NCBI GenBank assembly: GCA_951406725.2
Contig: OX597835.1
Coordinates: 31,124,001 to 31,188,000 of the forward strand
Direction of reading: 5' to 3'
Length of the DNA stretch: 64,000 bases
From: Octopus vulgaris
Taxonomy: Eukaryota
The notes under the pieces: generated by a model
Database searches by the model: none
What the model was told of the DNA's origin: nothing
What the model saw: only the letters and a program-made list of their open reading frames with translations
Shown: piece after piece, positions 26,345 to 41,729 of the stretch
Numbering within the stretch: the first letter of the stretch is position 1
Layout: each line of letters starts with the position of its first letter
Translations under genes and position numbers: made by a program

Positions 26345-27250
26345 GATGATTTTATTTAATTGCCACAAGGGCGAAGGTGAGATGGACAATACAAAGACAG
26401 ACATAAAATACTGTGGGGTTACATACACTGAAATGATAAAAAGTTAAATATACACGGTATACAGAGATAAAGAAGGGACACATACTTAACATAGAAAGGT
26501 CTAAAAAAGGCAAGAGAACCACGAAGGAAAATTGAAGAATCCCACTGTCCGAGATTTCCCAAAATCCGAAGAACAAGTGCCCTCTCCAGCTCCTTCTCTC
26601 GCACTTACAGGTCTACACTGAGAGAGGTATCATCTACCCTTGCCATTTTCGCAACTTTCACTCATCTTTCAATAAGCTCACTCGAGGACAGCTCTTCACT
26701 CTCACTTTCCAGTCTTAATTTCCTCGAAGAGATCAATGAGAGCTCTACTAACGAGGAATATATCCGTCATCATGCTTTTCGGCCTTGTCCACCAAACAAC
26801 CTATTTCGCCACAGCCACCAGGCAAAGGAAAACTACCTTGCCAGCCCGATTGAAGAAGGTAGGCGGTGCAAACATCGCAACGTGGCTGCAGCTGTTCAAC
26901 ATAACCACACAATGCCCGGACACTGACAGAGTGCGTGCAGAACGATTTCGTCACTCTGAGCGCACGTCGGACAAGTCCGTCTGATAGCACATCCGTGCCT
27001 GTAGAGTTTATCTCGGACCGGTAGCACCCCCACTACCCGGTAGCGCTGTTAAACCAAGGACATTTGGAAATTATCCATGATGGTTCCTCCGGAACAGATT
27101 GACAGTTCATTTTCTTCGACACCCAGAGTCTCCCCGAGAACGTAGTCGTACATCAGCGCCACTAATCCTCAATAAATTTCTAAAGCGGAACATCCACCGA
27201 CCTCATTGCCCGATTAGTAGAGGGTTGTGAGTGCCTCACGAAATTCCAGG
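26345..27250 (-). mobile_element. 3' end of an L1/Tx1-group LINE (zf-RVT zinc knuckle, 3'UTR)
   Basis: Minus strand LPVRDKLYRHGCAIRRTCPTCAQSDEIVLHALCQCP (CxxC...E...H....C). The 3'UTR ends ctgtctttgtattgtcc...cccttgtggcaattaaataaaa. Confidence 0.85.
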
Positions 27251-27255
27251 TACCA

Positions 27256-27430
27256 GGCGGCATTTCGTCTGTCTTTATGTTCTGAGTTCAAATCCAGCCG
27301 AGGTCGACTTTGACTTTCATCCTTTCGGGGTCGATGAGTTAAGTACCAGTGAAGCACTGGGGTCATTGCACTCGAATAGTCTCCTCCCCCGCAAAATTTC
27401 AGATCTTGTGCCTATTGCAGAAAGGGTCAT
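27256..27430 (+). mobile_element. SINE family B (5'-truncated)
   Basis: ggcatttcgtctgtc..gttctgagttcaaatcc..gaggtcgactttg..catcctttcggggtcgat. Confidence 0.85.
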
Positions 27431-27661
27431 TATTATTGTAGTTGTTGTTGCTATTGTTTCTGTTAGTAGTGTTCTTCCTGGTGCTGTTGCTAACTTTTTA
27501 GCTTCTTCTTGTTGTTGTTGTTGTTTTGTTGTTGCTGCTGTTCATTGTAACCGATGTCGCTATAGTCGAGTCATTCTTTAGTAATTTTACCATTTCTCAA
27601 GACTCACAACTTTACAACACACCACAAAACTTGCCAGACCATCACACTTTTCCGTTCTCTC

Positions 27662-27704
<43 letters not shown>

Positions 27705-27922
27705 CTATCTATCTATCTATCTATCTATAACATTCTTTTTCTCCTTTTTCCCTTGGTCTTTCTTTTCTAGATTCCTTCATTTCCCCTCCTTTTTCTTCTT
27801 TCTTCTTTATCTCTCTTTATTCTTCTCTCTCTTTCTGTCTTTCTTCCTTCCTTCCTTTCTTCTTTCTTTCCTTGAATACGCCCCCGCACTCGCCTCCTTT
27901 TCGTTCTTTCTCCTGTATTCCC

Positions 27923-27957
<35 letters not shown>

Positions 27958-27999
27958 ATCACTCTCACTCCCTCTCTCGTTCTCTCTCCCTCTCAGTTA

Positions 28000-28289
28000 A
28001 GTGACAAAACAAAGAAAAAACTCCTTGCAACACCAAAGGTGACCTGAAGACAAGAATAATGGCAGCATTCACGAACTTAAATTAAGGAGACCGTCCAAAA
28101 GAGTTGCTGGAGATTCCGAAGTCGTTTGGAGGACGTGGTTGAAGCCAATGGCTATTTTATTGAATAAATTTACTCTATTATCTCAAGATATTTTTCTGTA
28201 ATTTTGGTACACATATCTGCTAAAATGAGATGTCAATGTTATTTTCACTTTCGTGCAATTTAGACGACAGTTTATTCACTGCACCGTAT

Positions 28290-28290
<1 letters not shown>
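28000..28290 (+). mobile_element. 3' end of a Tc1/mariner (maT/DD37D-like) transposon
   Basis: TKGDLKTRIMAAFTNLN/ETVQKSCWRFRSRLEDVVEANGYFIE* (one frameshift), then a terminus ...cactgcaccg+TA. Confidence 0.7.
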
Positions 28291-29692
<1,402 letters not shown>

Positions 29693-29928
29693 TTTGTGTT
29701 TGTGTATGTGTATATGTATATATATGTATATATATATATACATACATACGTATATATATATACACACACATATATATATATACATTTATTTTCATAAAGC
29801 TTCCCGTTATATATATATAGAGATTTACGTATATATACATATATATATATATGTATATATATACACACATATATATATTTACATATATACATAAATATAC
29901 ATATATATATACATATACACGCACGCAA

Positions 29929-29988
<60 letters not shown>

Positions 29989-30937
29989 ATATATATATAT
30001 ATATACATTGAAGCATGCATAAGCTCACATCCATCTCCACTAACACCACCACCACCTCCCACACGGGAATGACAGGATGATCGTAACTGGAACGCCTTCA
30101 GTTATAGGTTTGCCTGTCTGTGATTGACCCGGTGTTACAAAGTAGCAGCAGCAACAACAACAACAACAACTTTCAACAGCAGCCAGTCCTAATTGATTGC
30201 TAAATATGTCTACTAAATAACGAGTAAATTTTCATTTCATTCAAACGTCTTTTCTTGTTTGGCAATTGAAGGAAGGGGAAAGGAGGAGGAGAAGGAGGAG
30301 TAAGAAGAAGAAGCAGAAAAGGAGAGAGGAAGAGGAGGAGGTGGAGGAACAATAAGACGCAGGCAAAGGATGCTGGGAGTGTGTGTGCTTGTATGTGTGT
30401 GTGTGTGTGTGTGTATGCGTGGTGTGGTGCTGGTGGGGAATCTAGTTAAATAGAATTAAGATGGCGGAGGTTAATGTTATGGGTGGACATAATTAGATAA
30501 CACTAGAGTGTGAGAAGTTATTTCAAACAGAGAGAGGAAGATCATTTTTCATGTGACGGAAATAGGACACCAACAGCAAGTTAGCAGTTATTTTGTTTGG
30601 TGTCACACAATTAGCGTTGAAGACACCCCGCGACATTTTGTCACTGGAAAAAGCATACAATATTTTGCGTTCGGAATCACTTCTCATCCCTAGCTGGTGA
30701 TTGTCACACGTTGATGACGGGTTACTACTCAGAAACCCGGGTACGTGTATATCACGTGAGGCTAGAGATGGGAATGATGATTTCCCTTAGCAAGAGGAGA
30801 TGTCTTCTTGGGGCTATAAACTACAGTAGCATCGTCCCATATGGGTCAGCCACATTTAGGTGGCAAATTTACTTCACGATGTCGAGCTGCTACTATTTAC
30901 ATGTCGCTCAGAGACTTATTATTGCTTACATATATAA

Positions 30938-31033
<96 letters not shown>

Positions 31034-31192
31034 TGAGAGAGAGAGATATAGATAGATAGATAGACAGATGCAAGCATACTTGTGTGCATACGTATATCTA
31101 TCTATATATCTACCCTCTCCCTCTTTCTGTCGCTTTCTCTGTCTCTATATAACTAATCTTTCCTTATACCAATCTATATTATACACACACAT

Positions 31193-31250
<58 letters not shown>

Positions 31251-31479
31251 ATTAAAATAAACAAATATACACAGACGCACGCGTGTTCGAAAACTGAACT
31301 CAGAATACAGGACTCGGAAAATAAGATTTTCTTTCTGATATATACAACATCAAATAATACATCATGCAAAACCTGAAGCCACGAGGCACCTTGGGCAAGT
31401 GTCTTCTACTATAGCCTTTGGTCGACCAAAGCCTCCTGATGGGATTTGGTAGACGGACGTTAAAAGAAGCCCATCGTCT

Positions 31480-31517
<38 letters not shown>

Positions 31518-31519
<2 letters not shown>

Positions 31520-31685
31520 GAGCGAAAAACACAAGAAGAAGAAAACATAGGAACGCTAGGCCGTGGTACATGCAAAGTATTGACAGAAGCTCAGGGAAGG
31601 AAAGAAAGGTGGTTTAACATTTCGAGCAAAGCTCTTTTTCAGAAACAGGAGACAGAGGAAAGTCCAAGAGGAAAATAAGGATGAT
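31518..31685 (-). mobile_element. Short Penelope-like end (family P3) with mutated minimal hammerhead at 31612-31646
   Basis: Minus strand GTTT-CTGAAAA-A-GAGC-TTT-GCTC-GAAAT-GTT-AAAC; homologous to 50905-51140 and 58680-58880; in (TA)n. Confidence 0.7.
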
Positions 31686-33199
31686 ATACTTATATATATA
31701 TATATATATATAATAGGACATAATAATATATATTTTATATAAAAAATATATTATTATTTCTTTTACTTCTCTCAGTTATTGGATTCCGAGCATGCTGGTA
31801 TACAGCCTTGAAGAATTTTAGTCGAACGAATCGACTTCAGTACTTTATGTTTTGAGTCTGGCATTTATTCTATTTCACTCTTTTGCCCAATATCGCTTGT
31901 CGAACTGTGATGGAACACAAATACAAACAGAAAAATACACAAACACACACGTATACGGACTCCTTTCTGTTTCCGTTTCCCAAATGCAATGGTCTTGGCC
32001 GGGGTGCAGCTATATTAGAAGATAAGGAATACCGAAGTGGTACTGAAACCAGAGGCAATGTTCCTACCACACAACCCACGTAAGTTTCTCCTAAATGTCC
32101 AAGCTTATTTTCAGACTTTTCGTTTCTCCTTGTTTTGTGTGTTTCAAGTAATATAAGCTTTTCCTTTGAAAAGTCCGGTTTTATTCTGGTGGTTGAAAGA
32201 AAATTGGTAATGAGTAATATATACTATGCATTGCAGAAAAGGGAAATATATCCTGCGTATCAGATGTGACACACAGGACTGGTAAAGGGTTAATGAATAA
32301 TTTTCCGAACTGACTAGCAACTAGACTGTATTGATCCTTTGTGGGGTAAGTATTTTGGCCCCTAAGGGAAGAGGAGATAATATAGTTTCGTGTAAGGACA
32401 CGAACCGTCGAAGCAGTTGACTGATTATTTCTTACGTTATCAAGTCAAAGCAATATGCGGATCTAAAAGAAGGCGCCAGTGGGTAGACAGCAATCCCATC
32501 AAAGTCGGCCAAGTGTGTGACTGATCATTCGTCACACTTAGTCGAGATAAATAAAGCATTTAAAAATATATTAAACATTCTTAAGGGAACTGTAAATTCG
32601 AAGAACATCACTTCACCTTTTCCTTTCCATTGATTTCAAATAAGACATCAAATTCTTAATACGAACGACAATCACTTTAAAGACACGTTATTAACGGTTA
32701 GAGAATTAAACTGGCAAAACTGAACAACGACGTCTCACTGCTGGAAAGAAGGTTTATTCAATTTCGCTGCATCTACTTCTATTTCACTCCTTTTCGTAAA
32801 GGAAAGGGAACTGATTGTGTGAACGGTAGACATTTTCCAATGGCTGGCTCATTACCAAGCCTACAATAATACTGTCATGTGCCAAGTTCTGTCAATGATA
32901 TTAACTGTTGCATAACAACTATGGTGACACACAGCTTTTGCTGCTTTGGTAAATCGCCAGAACAAAGATTACGTTCCACATTATATTCTCGCTTATTCTC
33001 TCATTCTCTCCGTCCTTCGCTAATTATTCACATTCTCACTCATACCCTCACTCCATCCTTCTCTTCTTTTCTGTGCATACATGTACATACACATACACTG
33101 ATATATGTGTGTCTGTATGTATTTATATATATATACTTACACACACACACACACACACACTCACACATATATATATATATATATATACATATTCTCTCT

Positions 33200-33585
33200 A
33201 TTACTTGTTTCAGTCATTTGACTGCGGCCATGCTAGAACACCGCCTTTAGTCGACCAAATCGACCCCAGGACATATTCTTTGTAAGCCTGGTACTTATTC
33301 TATCGGTCTCTTCTTGCCGAACCGCTAAGTTACAGGGACATAAACACACCAGCATTGGTTGTCAAGTGATGTTGGGGGGGGGGACAAACACAGACACACA
33401 AACACACACACATACATATACATATATACGACGGGCTTCTTTCAGTTTCCGTCTACCAAATCCACTCACAAGGCTTTGGTCGACCCGAGGCTATAGTAGA
33501 AGACACTTGCCCAAGGTGCCACGCTGTGGGACTGAACCCGGAATGTTGGTAAGTAAGCTACTTACCTCAGAGCCACTCCTGCGCC
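33200..33585 (-). mobile_element. SINE family A, full length
   Basis: Close match to the family pattern seen at 25820 and 45215. Confidence 0.92.
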
Positions 33586-33871
33586 TATGTACATATTCTT
33601 TTATTATTTTCCTTGTTTTACTCCGTAGACCGTGGCCATGGTGTAGCACCACCTTGAAGAATTATAGTCGAAGGAGTAGACCCCAGTACTTTCTTGTTAT
33701 TTACTAAAGCCTGTTATTAATTCTATCGATCTCATTTGCCGAATCGCTAAGTTACGTAAACGTAAACACACACACACCATCCTAACCCACTCACACAAAC
33801 ACAATCACGTACGCACAAAAACACACAACCTCACACACACACATATATTACGACAGACTGCTTTCAGTATA

Positions 33872-34150
33872 TACAGGGGTTGGACAAAATAATAAAAAAC
33901 ACCTAGCATCATAGCATCATAATTTTGCAATATCTATGTTTTTCTATTTATTTATTACTAGTATTGCTTAATATGTTTTGCTAAAATTAACTTTTCTTTT
34001 CAGATATCATTAGAAAAGGGTAAATAAAATTCATTAAATGACAGATCTATCGGACGTTCAAAGAAGTCAAATTGTTGGTGCTCGTATTGCAGGTGCTAGC
34101 GTAACGAAAACAGCCGAAATGTTTGGTGTATCAAGAAGTACTGTCTCGAA
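33872..34150 (+). mobile_element. 5' end of a Tc1-like transposon
   Basis: TA+CAGGGGTTGGACAAAATAAT terminus. ATG 34038: MTDLSDVQRSQIVGARIAGASVTKTAEMFGVSRSTVS (Tc1 paired-like HTH), then truncated. Confidence 0.8.
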
Positions 34151-34159
34151 CAAGTAAAA

Positions 34160-35182
<1,023 letters not shown>

Positions 35183-35455
35183 GACAATACGAAGAGCGCG
35201 ATGCGATTGCAAATGATATTTTCTTGTTTGAACGATATTTCGACAGCAAGCCTGTCTTTGTCGAGTTCAAAATGAAAAGTGATAAAAATTCAAAATTATA
35301 GAAATTCAAATCCAATAGATGAGCGAGAGCAACCAGCGTTCACACGCTGATGCAATGACATCATCACTTTTCAAAGTTTAATTTTAGAAGTGGCAAAAAG
35401 AATCGTTCAACCAATAAAATATCCATTGCAATCGCATCGCGCCGTTTGTATTGTC
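35183..35455. mobile_element. MITE-like element with ~55-bp imperfect terminal inverted repeats
   Basis: Left gacaatacgaagagcgcgatgcgattgcaaatgatattttcttgtttgaacgat; right atcgttcaaccaataaaatatccattgcaatcgcatcgcgccgtttgtattgtc. Confidence 0.8.
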
Positions 35456-35504
35456 TATTTAGCTTTGTGAAGAGTTACGTCAGTCCTTTTAAAATATTAT
35501 TATT

Positions 35505-35955
35505 ATTGAGTGAGAGAGCAGTGCATGCCATCAAAGTAACACTGGGGTAAAATATACGAAGCCCAGTATAAGGGCCTGATAAGGGTACACTAGGAACATG
35601 CATCACAACCATATGTGTGCGACATTGTGATCTCATATCAAGATAAACGGCGCATGACCTTGCAGGTGGGGCTCAGTTAGAAGTTTCTTCTGGTCGAGTA
35701 ACCCATCCTGCTCAAAAGGCCCTTGATTAAGGATGTTGAATGAAACACCCATGTTTCCAAAGGTGAATTATTCAAACCACAAAGAATCCCTCTCAACACA
35801 TGGCTATGATGATCCCCTACTACTTCTGCTCCTGATCAGAGATGCACATGTCGTCAGACACTAATGGACATGGTCAACTGGTTAAGGTCAAACAACGGAC
35901 AAGCAAATCTGTGGTATTGAGCAGAATATTTGCTGTAGCCCATCTTTTATACCTC
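35505..35955 (-). mobile_element. Non-coding retroposon (family D) with (AAT)n tail
   Basis: Homologous to 61278-61715 and 46452-46560; all end ctctctcactc followed by (AAT)n or an (AAT)-rich tract. Confidence 0.75.
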
Positions 35956-37264
35956 AGAAATTTGAGGGAGGGGATGGTCGATAACAGCAATCTCAGAATT
36001 CCACTGGTACTTAATTTATCGACCCCAAAATTAAGAAAGGCAAAGTCAACATCGGCAGAATTTGAACTCAGAACTTAAAGACAGACGAAATGTCGCTAAG
36101 CTTTTAGCCCGGCGTGCTAACAATTCTGTCAGTTAAAACCAATTAAATACAGCTCTGACTGACAAAAGAACGCTTGGTTGAAATTTTTACCCAGATTAAT
36201 TCAGCCCTCGTTGCCCCACTTAGGTGCCATGTAGCAGTTAATAGGTGAAACGCTTACGACTCCGAGATAGCAACTGATGATAGGGAAAGATTTCCGATAT
36301 TCCGATGGATTGAAGAGAAGAGCTTCTAATACCTCTGCGTAACATCTGCGTTTTCTGCAACCGGCAAAGTATTTCCATCATTTATTTCACCTCATCTTAC
36401 AAATCTTTTTAATACATTTTTTGCCTTTTATTTTTTTGCTATTATCTTTATCATATACAAAATTACGTGATTTTCACGTTTTCCTCTCGACGTAAAATTG
36501 TTTTAATTTCAACATGTATATATACCTATTTGTTTTCTAACCACAAGGGGCTAAGCACAGAGAAGACAAACAAGGACAGACAAACGATTATATCGACCCC
36601 AGTGCGTAACTAGTACTTATTTAATCGACCCCGAAAGGATGAAAGGCAAAGTCGAGCTCTGCGGAATTTGAACTCGGAATGTAACCGCAGACGAAATGCC
36701 ACTAAGCATTTCGCCCGGCGTGCTAACGTTTCTGCAAGCTCGCCGCCTACCGTTATCCTGAAATGCATGCACAAAAGAAAAAAAAAACATGTATTCAACT
36801 ACACTCAGACAACAGAGACAATTACGCGTATATAATTACAGTTACATATTTGCATACCCATAATGGTTCATTGAAATACATTGTTTTTCATAATTATACA
36901 TGTATTTACCTGATGTACGCAAGACAATACGTATGTACGTGTGTATGTATGCATGTTTGTATTATCTATGTATGTACATAACCATTCTCTGTTTTACTTT
37001 TAATTATTTGAAGACTTCTTATAAGGAAGTAACTGGTTTCCAACAAAGATACAAAGCTCTATCTTTGGGATGTAAATAACGAAAACAATGTCACCTTTTG
37101 AACCTTAGAAAAATCTTGCACATTTTTACTGTTCCGCTTATAGTTTGTATTTGTGATGTACGTGTCAGCTGGTTGATTTCATTTCCTAAAACCCTAGCTT
37201 TTCCGCATTCTTACCTTGACATCTACTCACATTTTATTATTGATATTATCATTAACATTATTAT

Positions 37265-37302
<38 letters not shown>

Positions 37303-37523
37303 TGGCGGCGAGCTGGCAGAATCGTTAGCACGCCAGGCGAAATGCTTAGCGGCACTTCTTGAGATCAAACACACCGAGGTCGACTTTGCTTTTCATCCTT
37401 TCGAGATCGTCTCAACCCTTTTCTAAAAATTTCCGTCCTTGAGGCAAAATTTAGAACCATTATTGTTTTTATTATTGTTATTATTATTGTTGTTGATATT
37501 ATTATTATTATTATTATTATTAT

Positions 37524-37569
<46 letters not shown>

Positions 37570-37999
37570 TGTTGTGGTAGTAGTAGTAGTAGTCAGGCGG
37601 CAAACTGGCAGAATCGTTAGCAGGCTGGGCAAAATGTTTAGCGCCATTTCGTCCGTCTGCATGTTCTGAGTTCAAATTCCATCGAGGTCGACTTTTTCTT
37701 TCATCCTTCCGGGGGCGATAAATTAAATAACAGTCAACCACTAGGGTCGATGTAATCGATTAGTCCCCTCCCCCAAAATTTCAGTGTTTTCAGTAGAAAT
37801 AATTAACATTATTAGTAGTAATGATCTTTTCTACTCTAGGCAAAAGGTCCGAAATTTTGGGGGAGAGAGACAGTCGATTAGTTCGACCCCAGTACTCAAC
37901 TGGTACTTAATTTATCGAGCTCGAAAGAATGAAAGGCAAAGTCGACCTCGGCGGAAATTTCGCCCAGCGTGCTAACGTTTCTGCCAGCTGGCCGCCTTC

Positions 38000-38000
<1 letters not shown>
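35955..38000. mobile_element. Several SINE family B copies (35955-36135 -, 36525-36750 -, 37303-37410 +, 37595-37800 +, 37826-37997 -)
   Basis: Repeated ggcggcgagctggcagaatcgttagcacgcc head and aaaggcaaagtcgac core on both strands. Confidence 0.85.
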
Positions 38001-38670
<670 letters not shown>

Positions 38671-38887
38671 GTATGAATAGTGGTTTCTCTTTGAGTTTCC
38701 AAGTGGTAGTCATATCCGCAATCCCGTTGATTTCTTTGATATGCATACTTTTTCTTGTTCGTGCACCCAAAAATCAATATTCCACTTGTCATTCTTTTTT
38801 TTTTTTTTGTACTTGGTAGAAATTTTGATGGATATGTTCCACCAATATTTCTGGTGTTGATATATGAATGTATGTATGTATAGATGA

Positions 38888-39191
38888 AGGACTATTCGTC
38901 TAAAACAATTCGGTCTAATGCGCTATGGTCGAAAGTGACTTTTGTATAAATAGACTATCGGCTATTTTTTGTCTAAATGCTCTTTAGTATAAAGACATAT
39001 TTATCTAAATTCACCTTGGTCTAATAACTATTTTTTCCATAGAATCTATAATAATGTAATAGATCTAAATAACTATATTCAATCCTTTTTGTCGTTAGAC
39101 GAAAATACTTAGACGAAAGTATCTTTAGATCAAAGTGTCTTAGACTCAAGTGGTTTTGACCAAGGTGTTATAGACCAAAGTACTGTATCCC
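38888..39191. mobile_element. Foldback-like MITE remnant made of ~15-bp subrepeats in opposite orientations
   Basis: Left half repeats ttcgtctaa/ttcggtctaa/ttggtctaa; right half repeats ttagacgaaa/tagaccaaag and ends actgtatccc. Confidence 0.6.
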
Positions 39192-39469
39192 GTATGTACG
39201 TATGTATGTATGTATTTATGTATGTATGTATGTATGTATGTATGTATGTATGTATGAAGGTAGGTAGATAGGTAGATAGGTAGGCTGAGATGTACGTACG
39301 TACGTACGTATGAACATACGTAGTGAGGTATGTATGTGTTTGTATGTAGGTATGTACGTACGAAGTTAAGAATGTATGTATGTGTGTGTAAGTATGCATG
39401 TATGTATGTGGGTAGGTAGGTGAGTGGGTATGTAGATACGTAGGTACCACTGCGGGATACGTTACCTGT

Positions 39470-39860
39470 GAATCATCATATGCCTCTTCAAAGCCTCTAA
39501 CACAATACACACGTCGAAATCACCTGGTTTGGGAGAAAGGACGTTGTATACAGTTCATCTTTCATGAGATTTCAGGTGGTTGACATACGCATACTTGGAA
39601 ACGGCCACAGGTTTCATATCTCCAACATTTTCTGATCTCACTGAGGTTCTGGTGACAGCATCTCCGGAGCCAACACTTTAGGCTGTCGTGCTGAAGGTGA
39701 TCCTCTTCAAAATTTTTACAACCTTCCTCTTTATACACTTCATTTATTCAACCCTTTCCAAAGTTAATGCATCCCAGTGTTTTACATTGATCTGCATTTC
39801 TCTTAGGTTGTTTTTTAGGCAGCCTTCGTACCGTTTTTGGTTACATGGACTGAGGACGTT
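39470..39860 (-). mobile_element. Degenerate RTE-group LINE ORF2 C-terminus
   Basis: QKRYEGCLKNNLREMQINVKHWDALTLERVE matches the RTE pattern KRYKDxLKxxL...WExLAxDR. Confidence 0.7.
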
Positions 39861-39869
39861 TTCCAGTGC

Positions 39870-40100
39870 ACAGCGCATTGGTAGGGCCGGTTTCCGGCGT
39901 ATATATTCCCCCAGCCCCTCCTGGACGCGACGCCGGTCCGTCGCAGGATTACTCATTCTTGCCAGCTGAGTGAACTGGAGCAACGTAAAATGAAGTGTTT
40001 TACTCAAGAACACAACGCGTCGCCTGGTCCAGGAAAGGAAACCACAATCTTACGATCATGAGTCCAAAACCCTGACCACTACGCCACGTGCCTCCACTCA
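39870..40100 (-). mobile_element. tRNA-derived SINE family C
   Basis: Minus strand ggaggcacgtggcgtagtggtcagggttttggactcatgatcgtaagattgtggttt (tRNA-like head)...ttgctccagttcactcagctggcaagaatgagtaa. Confidence 0.8.
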
Positions 40101-40407
40101 CTGGTAGACCAGCAAATTTGGAATCCTATTTCAGTGGCAGTTACAACTTTCGTCTGTGACCTATACTTCAAACCATGCAGGTTTGCAACTGAACTGAACA
40201 GTCATCGGAGAAGTCATAGATGGCATGTCAGAAATACCATTGTCAACGAGGAAGCTCAAAGAGACTACGGTTATCTATGAAATTAGAGCAATAATCAAGG
40301 TTGTCTCTGCTCATCATGACTCAGAATTCAGAATCCCTACGATAAAGGGTGTTTTCCCTATTTTAGTGATACTATTAGCATATGCAATGCCATTCTCAGA
40401 CAACGGC

Positions 40408-40464
<57 letters not shown>

Positions 40465-40599
40465 CACATACACAAACTCACACACACACATGTATGGGTT
40501 ATATATTTAGATATTTTGAAATATAGGAAAAGTCATAAAGAAAAATAAAAAGGAAATAACAATAAAGTACAAATAGAAATAAAATAATTTTTTTTAAAG

Positions 40600-41667
40600 A
40601 ATTCATTTCAGAAACAACATTCCCAATTTTTAAAATTTTTATTTTCTTTTCTTCGTCATATTTCATATTTTTACTTCAGTATGTTATGCAATATGTAGTG
40701 CAAGGATCGCTCTCACAAACATTGTCCCAAGCAAATTTACACATCACAATTTAAAAAAAAAAACATGATAAAAGAATGAAAAAAATGTAAAATAAATTGG
40801 CAAAAAACCAAACCAAATATATCCCACCCCATTGCAAACCCCCGATGTCTATATTGCAATTTCCATATAATTTCATCCGTATAACTACATTTATGTTTTC
40901 ACATTTTATGCGTGCGAGAGAACGTCCTTTCTCCACATTTTCCGCCATTTTGTTCATGTGTTTATTATTGTTTTATAACTGTTATTATTATTGTTTTATT
41001 ATAATTATAATTATAATTAAAATTATTATTATTATTCACCGTTTTCATATATTTTTTCAATACTCTGTCCTCGTAATGTCCCTTAATTTTTCGCCCTTAT
41101 GGCATATAAACAAACGTTTTTCTTTTTCGTTATTATTATTATAATTATTATCGTTATTATTGTTGCTGTTGTTGTTCTTGTTGCTGATGATAATGATGAT
41201 GTTATCATTTTCGTTTGCGTATTAAAGCTGCGCGATACGTTTGTCAATTCCGTAGCAGCAGGATTGAACTGGTTGATATTTGTTTTGTTTCAAAAAAAAA
41301 AACATTAGAAATGTTGGAATAATTTTTGTTCTTGTTATTGTTACTACTGTTTACTGCCGGGGCAGAATTTATAAACCACATCTTTCGTGTGTTTTAAAGG
41401 TGTTCCACCGTTTTTCACTCACTCGTATATATACAAAATTTCTTTTTGTGTGTCCGTGTGTGTATTTGTTAAAAGTTTGTGTTTCCTCCCAGAGAAATTT
41501 CTCTCACATTTCTAGCAAGGAGAGCAACTGCGTAGAAACAAGATCAAGTTTTACTTGTATTTATACAAACGATTTGTACAATCTTAAGAGTTAATAATGA
41601 GTCTTTGGATTTCTTCCCGAATTAAAAAAGGGTCATGGGAATTTTCCTTCGTCTTGGCGAGCGGAAA

Positions 41668-41729
<62 letters not shown>

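Noticed and set aside
32180-32293. aaagggttaa as a piggyBac-like terminus
   Set aside because: No matching opposite TIR or transposase remnant was found.
39990-40100. tRNA-like sequences at SINE heads as tRNA genes
   Set aside because: They do not form complete cloverleaves and run directly into SINE bodies.
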